Notes: generated from the letters alone by a model not told the origin. Numbered from the stretch's first letter, positions 29,818 to 40,048 are shown. The stretch: DNA of 64,000 nucleotides from an uncultured Chloroflexia bacterium (GCA_963833225.1 CAWHXD010000006.1:32001-96000), one strand, 5' to 3'. Made by a program: numbers and translations.

Positions 29818-31816
29818 ATGTACGAGACGCTGATCCCGCTCATCCCGCTGCTCCCCATCCTGGGCTTCGCCTTCACGGCCCTGTTCGGGCGACGGCTGCA
29901 GCTCCGCTTCGGGCGCACCGCGGCGGAGATCGTGCCCCTGGCGCTCGTCGCGGCGTCATGGGTGATCGCGATGGTCGTCGTGGTGCCGGCGCTCACCCAC
30001 GCCGAGCCGTTCGGCGAGCACGGCCTGGACGTCAATCTCTGGACCTGGATCCCGGCCGGCGACTTCACGGTCCAGATGGGCTTCCACGTCGACGCCCTCA
30101 CCGCCGCCCTGCTGATCGTGGTGACCACGATCGGGATGCTGGTCCACCTGTACTCGGTCGGGTACATGGCCCACGACAAGGGCACCTGGCGGTTCTTCGC
30201 CTACCTCAACCTGTTCATGTTCTCGATGCTCCTGCTGGTGCTGGCCAACAACTGGCTGCTCGTGTTCGCCGGCTGGGAGCTGGTCGGCCTGTCCTCGTAC
30301 AGCCTGATCGGGTTCTGGTACCACAAGCGCTCGGCCGCCCTGGCCGCCAAGAAGGCGTTCATCGTCAACCGCGTGGGCGACGTGGGCTTCGCGCTCGGGA
30401 TCATGGCCATCTTCGTCAACACCGGGACGATGAACATCCAGGACTCGCTGGCGAAGCTGACCACGTGAGGGCGCCTCGTTCCCGATCCCGGTCACGATCG
30501 TCGCGCTGCTGGTGTTCGCGGGCGCCATGGGCAAGAGCGCCCAGTTCCCGCTCCACGTCTGGCTGCCGGACGCGATGGAGGGCCCCACCCCGGTGTCCGC
30601 CCTCATCCACGCGGCGACGATGGTCAACGCCGGCGTCTACCTCGTCGCCCGCGCCAACCCGCTGTTCGCCCACGCGTCGGACGCGATGGTCGTGGTGGCG
30701 GCGATCGGGATCTTCACCGCGATCCTCGCCGCCTCGATCGCGTTCACGCAGACCGACATCAAGCGCGTGCTCGCGTACTCGACGCTGTCCCAGCTGGGCT
30801 ACATGTTCGCCGCCCTCGGCGTGGGCGCCTACACGGCGGCGATCTTCCACCTCATGACCCACGGCTTCTTCAAGGGCCTGCTGTTCCTGGGGTCCGGCTC
30901 GGTGATCCACGCGGTCCACGAGGAGCAGGACATGAACCGGATGGGCGGCCTGTGGCGGAAGATCCCGATCACCCACTGGACGATGCTCGTCGGCTCGATC
31001 GCCATCGCGGGCATCCCGCCCCTGGCGGGCTTCTTCTCCAAGGACGAGATCCTGGGCGAGGCGTTCAAGTTCGGCTTCACCTGGGTCTGGCTCATCGGCC
31101 TCGTGGTCGCGGGCATGACGGCGTTCTACATGTGGCGCCTGATGGGCAAGACGTTCTACGGCGAGTCCCGCGTGGACCCGCACACCGAGCCCAAGGTCCA
31201 CGAGTCGGCCTGGCAGATGACGGTGCCGCTGATCCTGCTGGCGATCCCGGCCGCCCTGCTGGGTCTGGCGCTCACCTGGGGTGGTCTGCCGCTCACCCGG
31301 AGGGCACGGGGCTGCTGACCGGCTGGCTCGAGCCCGTGTTCGCGGCGTCCGAGGAACATCTGCACGGCGCCAAGGAGGCCTACCAGCTGTTCGGCGCCAT
31401 CGACGGCGTCCTGATCATCGCCAGCGTGGCGGTGGCCACCATCGGGCTGGTCGTCGGCTGGGCCCTGTTCGGCTTCTTCAACCGACGCGGCCGACAGGCG
31501 ACCGTGGACGGCATCGTCGCCTCCAACGGGGCCACCCGGTTCCTGTACCGCGCCACCCTCAACAAGTGGTGGTTCGACGAGATCAACGACCTGCTGTTCA
31601 TCCGGATCGGCGGACGCGTCGCCGCCGATCCTGTGGTGGTTCGACCGCACCATCGTCGATGGCACCGTCAACGGGGTGGGCACCGTCGTCCGCGGCGCGG
31701 GCGGCGGGCTGCGGCAGATCCAGACCGGCCGCGTCCAGAACTACGCGCTGGGCATCGCGATCGGCCTGCTGGTGATGGCCGGCTCGTTCCTGCTGATCGT
31801 GGGGCAGTCCCGATGA
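29818..31816 (+). CDS. nuoL: Complex I subunit L (frameshifted in this sequence)
   Basis: [70 protein letters not shown]; indels near 30465, 31300 and 31628. Confidence 0.92.
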
Positions 31817-33411
31817 CCGGCCTCGACGGGCTGCCGCTCGTGACCCTGGTGACCTTCCTGCCGGCGCTCGGCGCGCTCGCCGTCGCCATCACGCCGACGT
31901 CCCGGCCGAACGTCGCGCGCTACACGGCGCTGGGGTTCGCGCTGGCGGCATGGGTCGTCTCGCTGGTGATGCTGGCCGGGTTTGACGCCACTGCGGCCGC
32001 GACCAATCCCGATGCGGCCTTCCAGTTCAAGGAGTCGTTGGCCTGGATCCCGGCGTTCGGGATCAACTACGCGATGGGCGTCGATGGGCTGTCGATGGCC
32101 CTGGTGGTCCTGACCACGACCCTGACCTGGATCAGCATCCTCGCCTCGTTCAGCCCCATCGGACACCGCGTGAAGGAGTACATGGTCTCCTTCCTGGTGC
32201 TCGAGGTGGGCATGATCGGCGTGTTCGTCGCCCGGGACCTGTTCCTGTTCTACATCTTCTGGGAGCTGGTCCTGGTCCCGATGTACCTGATCATCGGCAT
32301 CTGGGGTGGCAAGAACCGCATCTACGCCACGATCAAGTTCGTCCTGTACACCCTGGTCGGCTCGCTGCTGATGCTGGTCGCGATCCTGGCGACCGCGTTC
32401 ACCTACCAGGCCGCACAGGCGGCCGCCGGCTCGGCCACGCCCTGGGCGAACGCGTTCGACGTCGCGACGCTCACCGACGCTGCCGCGGGTGGCCTGTTCG
32501 GAGGCACGTTCGGCTTCCTCGCCTTCGGCGCCTTCTTCCTCGCGTTCGCGATCAAGGTCCCGATGTTCCCGTTCCACACCTGGCTCCCCGACGCCCACGT
32601 CGAGGCGCCCACCGCCGGCTCGGTGATCCTGGCCGGCGTCCTGCTCAAGCTGGGCGGCTACGGGTTCATCCGGTTCGCGCTGCCGCTGTTCCCCGAGGCC
32701 GCGCACACGTGGGCCCCGCTGATCATCGTCCTGAGCCTGATCGGGATCATCTACGGCGCGATCGTGGCGCTCGTCCAGCCGGATCTCAAGAAGCTGGTCG
32801 CGTACTCGTCGGTCAGCCACATGGGCTTCGTGACCCTGGGCATCTTCGTGTTCCAGCAGCAGGGCATGCAGGGCGCGATCCTGCAGATGATCAGCCACGG
32901 CCTCATCACGGGCGCGCTGTTCCTGCTCGTGGGCATCATCTACGAGCGGACCCACGACCGGACGATCGCCAAGATGGGCGGCCTGGGCAGCGCGACGCCC
33001 GTGTACGCCGCCGCGTTCGGGTTCTTCGTGTTCGCGTCGGTTGGCCTGCCCGGCCTGTCAGGGTTCGTGGGCGAGTTCCTGACCCTGGTCGGCACCTTCG
33101 TCGCGATCCCGGCCGCCGCCGTCGTGGCCACGTTCGTGATGATCCTTGCCGCCGGCTACCTGCTGTGGATGTTCCAGCGGGTGGCGTTTGGCGAGCTCAG
33201 CGAGTTCCTCAAGGGCCTGGGCAGCCACCTGACCGACATGAAGCCGGTCGAGGCGCTCACGCTCGTCCCGCTGGGCGCGCTGGTGGTGGTGTTCGGCCTG
33301 TGGCCGGGCCTCATCCTCGACCTGATCGCCGGCTCCGTGAGCGCGGCCCTGGCCCCCGTCCAGGCGTTCGTCCAGAATGCCGGGCCCATCGCCCTCGGCC
33401 TGTGGCGGTAG
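31813..33411 (+). CDS. nuoM: Complex I subunit M
   Basis: GVDGLS, FYIFWE..LVPMY, AIKVPMFPFHTWLPDAHVEAPTAGS, AYSSVSHMG, GLPGLSGFVGE. Confidence 0.95.
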   Translation: MTGLDGLPLVTLVTFLPALGALAVAITPTSRPNVARYTALGFALAAWVVSLVMLAGFDATAAATNPDAAFQFKESLAWIPAFGINYAMGVDGLSMALVVLTTTLTWISILASFSPIGHRVKEYMVSFLVLEVGMIGVFVARDLFLFYIFWELVLVPMYLIIGIWGGKNRIYATIKFVLYTLVGSLLMLVAILATAFTYQAAQAAAGSATPWANAFDVATLTDAAAGGLFGGTFGFLAFGAFFLAFAIKVPMFPFHTWLPDAHVEAPTAGSVILAGVLLKLGGYGFIRFALPLFPEAAHTWAPLIIVLSLIGIIYGAIVALVQPDLKKLVAYSSVSHMGFVTLGIFVFQQQGMQGAILQMISHGLITGALFLLVGIIYERTHDRTIAKMGGLGSATPVYAAAFGFFVFASVGLPGLSGFVGEFLTLVGTFVAIPAAAVVATFVMILAAGYLLWMFQRVAFGELSEFLKGLGSHLTDMKPVEALTLVPLGALVVVFGLWPGLILDLIAGSVSAALAPVQAFVQNAGPIALGLWR

Positions 33412-33421
33412 GAGTGCACCG

Positions 33422-34927
33422 GTGACCTTCCCCGACATCGTCACGATCGCGCCGTTCATCGCCGCGATCCTGCTCGCGATCGCGATCCTGGTCGTCGACT
33501 TCGTGTTCCCCGGCAGCAAGTGGCCGGCCCTGGTCACGACGTTCGCGGGCCTCGCCGTGGTCGCGGTGCTGGTGGTCATCACGGGCCAGACGGTCTCCGG
33601 GGCCTTCCCCGCGGGTGCCCAGGGCGCGTATGTCGTGGACCCGCTGACCACGTTCCTCCAGCTGCTGTTCATCTCGATCGTGGCGCTCACCATGGCGTTC
33701 GCGCCGGACTATCTCGAGGAGCGCGGCCTCCCGGTGCCCGAGTTCGCGGCGACGATCGTGTTCGCGATGTCGGGCGCGATGCTGCTCGCCGCCTCGGGCG
33801 ACCTGCTGGTCCTGTTCCTGGGCCTGGAGCTCATGGTCCTGCCCGGCTACGTGCTGGCCGGGTACCACAAGAGCGACGGGTACAGCACCGAGGGCGCGAT
33901 CAAGTACTTCCTGCTCGGCTCCTTCTCGAGCGCCATCTTCCTGTTCGGGCTCGCGTTCGTGTGGGGGATCACCGGCGAGACCAACATCGGGGCGGTGGGC
34001 GCGATCCTGACCCAGATCACCGCCGGCACGGCGCCGCTGTCCCCGGCGCTGGGCCTGGGGCTCGCGTTCATGACCACCGGGGTGGCGTTCAAGATCGCGG
34101 CGGTCCCGTTCCACTACTGGACACCCGACGCCTACCAGGGCTCGCCGACCCCGGTCACGGGCTACCTGTCGGTCGGCCCCAAGGTCGGGGCGTTCGCGCT
34201 GATCATCCGCCTGTTCGCCGACGGGCTCGGCAGCCTGGCCGTGGACTGGACCATCGTGATCATCGTCCTGGCCGCGCTCACGATGACCCTGGGCAACCTC
34301 GTGGCGCTGACGCAGGACAACGTGAAGCGGATGCTCGCGTACTCGTCGATCGCCCACACCGGGTACATGCTGGTCGGCTTCGCGGCATTCGGCGCCGGGC
34401 AGCTGAGCGGCATGGAGGGGCTGCTGTACTACGGCGCGGCGTACGCGTTCATGAACCTCGGCGCGTTCGGCGTCATCGCCGCGCTCCAGCGGCGGACGGG
34501 CATCACCTCCAACCTCTCGACGTTCGCCGGCCTGGTCCGGCGCGAGCCGGCGCTCACCTGGCTGATGTTCCTGTTCCTGCTGTCGCTGACCGGCATCCCG
34601 CCCACCGCCGGCTTCTTCGGCAAGCTGACCATCATCGTGGCCGCGGTCGACGCCGGCGCCCCGGTTGCCGGGGTCGCGGGCAACCCGTGGATGTACGGCC
34701 TCGCGGTGCTGATGATGCTCAACGCGGCCGTCGCGGCGTTCTACTACCTGCGGGTGGCGGTCTACATGTTCATGCGCGAGCCGGACGGCGAGCTGGAGCG
34801 GCTCCCGCACAGTCGCCTGGTGTGGACCGGTCTTGCGGTGAGCACCGTGCTCACGCTCGCGCTGGGCGCCTTCCCGGGTCTGCTGCTCGGGTTCGTGGGG
34901 ACCGCCGCGGCGGCAGTCATCCACTAG
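33422..34927 (+). CDS. nuoN: Complex I subunit N
   Basis: EGAIKYFLLGS, FKIAAVPFH.WTPDAYQG.P, KRMLAYSSIAH.GY, GIPPTAGF.GK, FYYLR. Confidence 0.95.
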   Translation: MTFPDIVTIAPFIAAILLAIAILVVDFVFPGSKWPALVTTFAGLAVVAVLVVITGQTVSGAFPAGAQGAYVVDPLTTFLQLLFISIVALTMAFAPDYLEERGLPVPEFAATIVFAMSGAMLLAASGDLLVLFLGLELMVLPGYVLAGYHKSDGYSTEGAIKYFLLGSFSSAIFLFGLAFVWGITGETNIGAVGAILTQITAGTAPLSPALGLGLAFMTTGVAFKIAAVPFHYWTPDAYQGSPTPVTGYLSVGPKVGAFALIIRLFADGLGSLAVDWTIVIIVLAALTMTLGNLVALTQDNVKRMLAYSSIAHTGYMLVGFAAFGAGQLSGMEGLLYYGAAYAFMNLGAFGVIAALQRRTGITSNLSTFAGLVRREPALTWLMFLFLLSLTGIPPTAGFFGKLTIIVAAVDAGAPVAGVAGNPWMYGLAVLMMLNAAVAAFYYLRVAVYMFMREPDGELERLPHSRLVWTGLAVSTVLTLALGAFPGLLLGFVGTAAAAVIH

Positions 34928-34930
34928 ACC

Positions 34931-34952
34931 AGCCGCGCGGCGCTGCGCGGCT
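34931..34952 (+). terminator. GC-rich hairpin just after nuoN (possible terminator, no U-tract)
   Basis: AGCCGCGC-ggcgct-GCGCGGCT. Confidence 0.35.
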
Positions 34953-35041
34953 GCGCGGCTGCGAGCGGCGCGCGGGGTGGGTGCCTGCGGCACGCCGGGA
35001 GCGACTCGAGCGGCTCACCCGGTTCGCCTGGCCCCGCGTTT

Positions 35042-35177
35042 GCACCAGATATCGGTCCCCACCGTTCCACCAACGGCTCCGGGGCGCTGGAGCGTCCGAA
35101 TATCGATCAGGAGTGATGCAGCTGGCGCCACGGACGGTTTGGCCGCCGCAATGCCGGTCACCATCAATATCTGGTGC
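35042..35177. repeat. 136-bp segment bounded by an 11-bp perfect inverted repeat
   Basis: GCACCAGATAT (35042-35052) ... ATATCTGGTGC (35167-35177) in a convergent intergenic region. Confidence 0.6.
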
Positions 35178-35229
35178 CGGAGGCCGTGACGCCGACGTCG
35201 TCGCGCGGGCCCGGGCACGTCGCGGCATC

Positions 35230-35904
35230 CTACGGCGTGACCGTCACCCCCGGCAGGATCGTCTGCAGGCCCGCCGCCATCACGTCGGGGCCGATCCCGC
35301 CCAGCGCCCCGTCACGCACGATCCCGGTCTCGTCGATCCAGAAGTGGACCGGAAGCGCGACCGCGCCCCACTCGGCCTGGGCGGTGCCACCAGCATCGAG
35401 CCCGACCGGGAAGTCGATGCCCAGGTCGGCGAAGAACGCCTGGACGGTGGGCTCATCCTCCCGGACGTCCACCGCGATGACCACCAGCCCGGTGTCGACG
35501 TAGCGCGCCTGGAACCCGGCCATCAGCGGAAGCTCGTCCTGGCACGGCGGGCACCACGTCGCCATGAAGTTGACCCACACGGGCCGGCCGCGATAGTCGG
35601 CGAGGCTGACGGGCTCGCCGCCGACACCAGGCAGCTCCAGGGCGGGCGCGGGCTCTCCGACGCCGAACGCGTCCGCCAGCGAGGATGAGGATGGGGCGGG
35701 CGATCCGTCCGACGCCGCGGGGCGTTCGGAAGCCGTGCCGGAGGGCGCGACGGAAGCCGTGGACGCCGGCACGCTCGGGGATGGGGACGCCACGAGAACC
35801 GGGGCTGGTGGTCCCGGCGTGAGCGCGAGGAGGGCACCAACGGCCAGCCCGCCGGCAAGCACGCCCGATGCGAGCCCCAGTCCGATCGCCATCTTCCCAC
35901 CCAT
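35230..35904 (-). CDS. TlpA/ResA-like membrane-anchored thiol-disulfide oxidoreductase
   Basis: N-terminal TM, S/P/A-rich linker, G.PAP...L, VWVNFMATWCPPCQDELP, ALP.HFWID. Confidence 0.9.
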   Translation of the reverse strand: MGGKMAIGLGLASGVLAGGLAVGALLALTPGPPAPVLVASPSPSVPASTASVAPSGTASERPAASDGSPAPSSSSLADAFGVGEPAPALELPGVGGEPVSLADYRGRPVWVNFMATWCPPCQDELPLMAGFQARYVDTGLVVIAVDVREDEPTVQAFFADLGIDFPVGLDAGGTAQAEWGAVALPVHFWIDETGIVRDGALGGIGPDVMAAGLQTILPGVTVTP

Positions 35905-35972
35905 ACGGCCGAGCGTACCAGCACGAACGGGGGACAGCAGCCTTGGTTGGGCTCCACTAGGATGCACCGGCC

Positions 35973-36776
35973 ATGATCTCGACCCTCGATGCCATTCGCA
36001 GGCGCGTCTTCCCGGCGCTGCTCACCGCCGCCGGGGTGGTGCTGATCACGGCTGGCCTGCTGTCGTACGCGAACCCCACCGAGGCCGGCCTGCAGCCGAT
36101 CGAGAGCGAGGTCATCGGGACGCTCGATCCGTCGACGCCGTCCGCGACCCTCGCGCCGGCCACCACCCCAGGCGCCGGATCCGCGTCGCCGTCGTCGTCC
36201 CCGACCGAGACTCCCGGCGTGTCGCCGGACGGAACCGCGCCGGCGTCGATCATCCCGGATCCGACGGCGAAGCCGGGGCGCGCGGTCGCCACACGGGTCG
36301 TCGTCCCGGCGCTCAACATCGACCTCCCGGTCGTCAAGGGCAACAACGGCTACCCGTACTGCAACGTGGCGATGTACCTCCATTCGGGCACCGGCAACAA
36401 TGCCGCAAAGGACGGATTCGGGCAGCCCGGCGAGGGCCGGGCCACGTACCTCTACGCCCACGCGCGAGATGGGATGTTCGGTCCGATCTACGAGCTGGCG
36501 ATCGTCCGGAAGAACGCCAGGAAGATGCTGGGGATGGTCGTCCAGGTCTACACGAGCGACTTCAAGCTCTACCTCTACGAGATCCGCGAGTACCGGCTGC
36601 ACGTGACCAACCTCGATGGCCCGCTTGGCGCCACCGAAGAGGAGCTGTGGCTCCAGACGTCGGAAGGCCCCAAGGGAACGCCTGGCAAGACCCAGCTGAT
36701 CGCGTACCCCATCTCCGTGTCCGACGCGGACCCCAAGGACGCCGTCCCGAAGGCAAAGCCCGTCAACTGCGGGTAG
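35973..36776 (+). CDS. Sortase-fold exported protein with Ser at the catalytic Cys position
   Basis: N-terminal TM, P/T/S linker, RVVVPALNIDLPVV.G, G.PG.G..TYLYAHAR.GMFG, LWLQTS. Confidence 0.72.
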   Translation: MISTLDAIRRRVFPALLTAAGVVLITAGLLSYANPTEAGLQPIESEVIGTLDPSTPSATLAPATTPGAGSASPSSSPTETPGVSPDGTAPASIIPDPTAKPGRAVATRVVVPALNIDLPVVKGNNGYPYCNVAMYLHSGTGNNAAKDGFGQPGEGRATYLYAHARDGMFGPIYELAIVRKNARKMLGMVVQVYTSDFKLYLYEIREYRLHVTNLDGPLGATEEELWLQTSEGPKGTPGKTQLIAYPISVSDADPKDAVPKAKPVNCG

Positions 36777-36809
36777 GCGTGCGCGCGTCCCGTCCGCGCG
36801 GCCGGCCCG

Positions 36810-37838
36810 TCAGATCCAGTCGATGCGGCGGAGGACCAGCGCCGTGATCGCCGCCCCCATCAGGACGAACCCGGTGACGACCCAGAACCCGCTGGCCTCG
36901 CCGCCGGCCAACGCGACCCCCGCCTCGCTCATCCCGAAGATGCCGGCCACCGCTGCGATCCCGGCCAGGATCACGGTGACGCCGGTCAGCCGCTTCATGA
37001 TCGTCGACAGGTTGTTGTTGATCGTCGAGAGGTACACCTCGAGCGTGCCGGCCACGAGCTCGCGGTCGTTGTCGAGCTCGTCCGTGACCCGGATCAGGTG
37101 GTCGTACACGTCGCGGAAGTACACGACGTGCTCCGGAGCCACGAGGGCGAGATCACGGTTTGTGAGCTGGTTGAAGATCTCCCGGGCCGGCGACATCGCC
37201 CGCCGCAGGGCGATGAGCTGGCGCTTGAGCGCGAACAATCGTTCCAGGGTCTCGCTGTCCGGCTTCGCGATGACATCGTCCTGGAGCGCGTCGATCTCGT
37301 CCTCGATGGCGTCGAGGACCGGGAAGTAGCCATCCACGATGCCGTCGGTGAGCGCGTAGAGCAGGAAGTCGGGGCCGCGCCGGAGCACCGCACCGACGTC
37401 CCCGCGGAGCTGGGGCAGCGCGAACGGGTCCCAGCCCGGCTCGTGGACCGTGAGCAGCGAGCGGTGGTCAAGCACGAGGTCGATCTCGACCTCGCGGATC
37501 TCACGCTCGTAGGTGATCGCGAACAGCACGATGTGGACGGATCCCTCGATCTCCTCCACCTTCGCCCGCTGGTTCTTCTCGGCGATGTCCTCCGCGATCA
37601 GCGGGTGGAGCGTGAGCAGGTCGGCGACGTCGCCGACCTGGATGTGGGACGGCGCGGTCACGTCCACCCACAGGCGGGCGTCGGGATCATCGAGCGCCGT
37701 CGCCAGGTCGTCGCGGGAGGCGATGGACCGCGAGCCGTCACCGGTCCACGCGACACCGCGGATCCGCGGCCAGCCGTCGTCAGGCACCGATGACGTCGTT
37801 GGTCGGGGTGTCGCCTGGGTCGGGTTCGCCGCGTCCAT
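36810..37838 (-). CDS. corA: CorA-family divalent cation transporter
   Basis: LHPLIAED, RAKVE, D.IVDGYFPVL, YFRDVYDHL, N..MKRLT, GIFGMS, two C-terminal TMs. Confidence 0.9.
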   Translation of the reverse strand: MDAANPTQATPRPTTSSVPDDGWPRIRGVAWTGDGSRSIASRDDLATALDDPDARLWVDVTAPSHIQVGDVADLLTLHPLIAEDIAEKNQRAKVEEIEGSVHIVLFAITYEREIREVEIDLVLDHRSLLTVHEPGWDPFALPQLRGDVGAVLRRGPDFLLYALTDGIVDGYFPVLDAIEDEIDALQDDVIAKPDSETLERLFALKRQLIALRRAMSPAREIFNQLTNRDLALVAPEHVVYFRDVYDHLIRVTDELDNDRELVAGTLEVYLSTINNNLSTIMKRLTGVTVILAGIAAVAGIFGMSEAGVALAGGEASGFWVVTGFVLMGAAITALVLRRIDWI

Positions 37839-39423
37839 CGGCGGCGAGTCTACGCCGACGGCGGTCGAGGAGGAGCGACGGCGGGACGGCGACCGCGGTC
37901 ACCACGCCCGCGACAAGGAAGATGCCGACCATGATCCGCGCCGCCTCCCCGGCGGCCCACTGCTCCAGGGCCTCCACCACGAGGCCGTCGCGCAGCGGCC
38001 GGTCCCGCAATGACTCGGGGATGTACTCGAGATAGGCGTCGGGCGTGGCGTACACCTGGTCGTACAGGCGGTCGATGGTCGTTGAGCCGTACGCGGTCAG
38101 GATGGCGAGCCCAACCGACATCCCGACCATGCGGGCGACGACCACCGTCGACGACGCCGTGCCGTATGCCTCGATCGCGACGGCCTCGACCGCCGCCGTG
38201 GACCTGGGCGTCACCGTGAGCCCAAACCCGGCACCGAACAGGGCCAGCGACGCGGCCGCGCTCTCGATGGTCGTGGTCGGCGTCCAGCCCGCCATCAGGA
38301 CCAGGCCGGCGATGCCCGCCGCCAGGCCCGCGAGGGTCACGATCCGGAGCGAGAGCACGCGCACGGCGAACCCCGACACCAGGGCCCCCAGCGCCGTGGC
38401 ACCGGCGAGCGCTCCCAACGCCAGCCGCTGATCGTCCGGACCGCCGTAGAGCACGCGGTCCACGAACACCGCGCCGCCCACGATCGCGGTGGCGAAGCCG
38501 TACCCCGTGAGCATCGAGACCACGGCGGCCGATGAGAACGGCGGCGAACGGAACAGCCGCGGGTCGAGGAACGGGTCCGGGACGCGCAGCCCGCGCAGGA
38601 TCGTCAGCGGCCCGGCCACCAGCGCCAGGCCCGCGAGGACGAGCATCACGGTCACGGGATCCACGCCCTCCGTCCCGGCCCGCGACCCGAGGAGCGTCAG
38701 CGCACCGAGCGAGCCCACGAGGAACGCGGAGAACAGGATTGCCCCGGCGAGATCCACCCGGCCCTGCCGCCGCGGCGTCTCCCAGCCGGTGCTGGCGGCC
38801 CAGGCGATGACCAGGGCCACCAGCCCCACCGGCACATTGACGTAGAAGATCCAGCGCCAGGCCGGTGCCAGCAGCGTCGCCGGCATGGCACCCGGTTCCA
38901 GGCCCAGCCGGGAGATCCCGGCCTCAGGGTGGAACGCACCGAGGATGGCGGCCCCCAGGACCGGCCCGGCGGCCATGCCCAGGAACGTCAGCGCTCCCAC
39001 CACGCCCAGGGCCCGCGGTCGCGAGGCGCCGGAGAACAGGTGGGAGGCTGCCGACGTCGCCACGGGCACCAGCGCCCCGCCGCCAACCGCCTGCACCAGG
39101 CGCGCGGCGATCAGCAGCTCGAGCGTGGGAGCCGCGCCGGCCAGCAGTGACCCCAGCGTGAACGCCACCAGCGCCCACAGGAACAGGCTCCGGGCGCCGT
39201 ACAGGTCCGCCAGCCGCCCCGCGACCGGCATGGTGACCACGTAGACCAGCAGGTACCCGTTGATGATCCAGGAGGCCTCGCGCAGGCGCGTCCAGGTCGC
39301 GAGGTCGGCGACGATGGCCGGCAGGGCCACCGCCGTGATCATCAGCTCGAGACCGGCGAGGAAGACCCCGATCCCGAGAACGGCGAGGAGAGCGAGGGCA
39401 TCACGCCGCGAGAGCCGGTCCAC
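37780..39423 (-). CDS. MFS transporter, DHA2-like (about 14 TM)
   Basis: ALPAI, WIINGYLL, GRLADLYG.R, AR.VQAVGGG, GP.LG, WRWIFYVNVPVG. Confidence 0.9.
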   Translation of the reverse strand: MDRLSRRDALALLAVLGIGVFLAGLELMITAVALPAIVADLATWTRLREASWIINGYLLVYVVTMPVAGRLADLYGARSLFLWALVAFTLGSLLAGAAPTLELLIAARLVQAVGGGALVPVATSAASHLFSGASRPRALGVVGALTFLGMAAGPVLGAAILGAFHPEAGISRLGLEPGAMPATLLAPAWRWIFYVNVPVGLVALVIAWAASTGWETPRRQGRVDLAGAILFSAFLVGSLGALTLLGSRAGTEGVDPVTVMLVLAGLALVAGPLTILRGLRVPDPFLDPRLFRSPPFSSAAVVSMLTGYGFATAIVGGAVFVDRVLYGGPDDQRLALGALAGATALGALVSGFAVRVLSLRIVTLAGLAAGIAGLVLMAGWTPTTTIESAAASLALFGAGFGLTVTPRSTAAVEAVAIEAYGTASSTVVVARMVGMSVGLAILTAYGSTTIDRLYDQVYATPDAYLEYIPESLRDRPLRDGLVVEALEQWAAGEAARIMVGIFLVAGVVTAVAVPPSLLLDRRRRRLAADGRGEPDPGDTPTNDVIGA

Positions 39424-39583
39424 CCCGGGAGTGTAGGGGGTGGCGCCATGACGGCCTCACGGCACCGCGACGCCTACGCGCGACGCCCGCGGATCAGGTG
39501 CGAACGGTGGGCTCCGTTCGGCGGTCGTACCAGGCCGCGTAGAGCATGGGGCCGGTGAGGATGACCTGGGTTCAGCCAGGGGC

Positions 39584-39642
39584 TTGACAGGTGCCTCCCG
39601 GGTCAATAGCATCAACGCCCGTTGATATAAACCGATGTTGAT
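39584..39642 (+). promoter_or_regulatory. Sigma70 promoter with tandem palindromic operators (putative ArsR sites)
   Basis: TTGACA(39584-39589)-N17-TAGCAT(39607-39612); ATCAAC-N4-GTTGAT (39611-39626) directly followed by ATAAAC-N4-GTTGAT (39627-39642). Confidence 0.7.
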
Positions 39643-39685
39643 GCATCGGGACGTCAACCCCACAACCCGCAGGTCGCCCCGCCTC

Positions 39686-40048
39686 ATGTCCCCATCCCCC
39701 GCGCGGATCCGGAGCACCCTCGCAGCGGCCGTCGACCAGCCCGACGACCTCCGTGAGCTGCGCCGCTTCCACAAGGTGCTGGCGGATGTGAACCGGTTGC
39801 GGATCTGCCGCGTGCTTGTGCAGGGTCCCGCCACGGTCACCGAGCTCATCGACCGGGTCGGCCTGTCGCAACCGCTGGTCTCCTGGCACCTGTCGAAGCT
39901 GCGCGAGGTCGGGCTGGTCTCGGCGCGTCGGAATGGCCGGGAAACCGTCCACACGATCGAGCCCGGGGCGTTCGCGATGTTCGCCACCCGCCAGGCCCAG
40001 GCGCTCGGGTTCGAGTCCACCCGGGCCCCCAGGGCAGCCGACGAGTGA
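39686..40048 (+). CDS. ArsR/SmtB-family transcriptional regulator (start uncertain)
   Basis: KVLADVNRLRI...L..GPATVTEL....GLSQPLVSWHL.KLRE.GLV...R.GRE. Confidence 0.88.
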   Translation: MSPSPARIRSTLAAAVDQPDDLRELRRFHKVLADVNRLRICRVLVQGPATVTELIDRVGLSQPLVSWHLSKLREVGLVSARRNGRETVHTIEPGAFAMFATRQAQALGFESTRAPRAADE

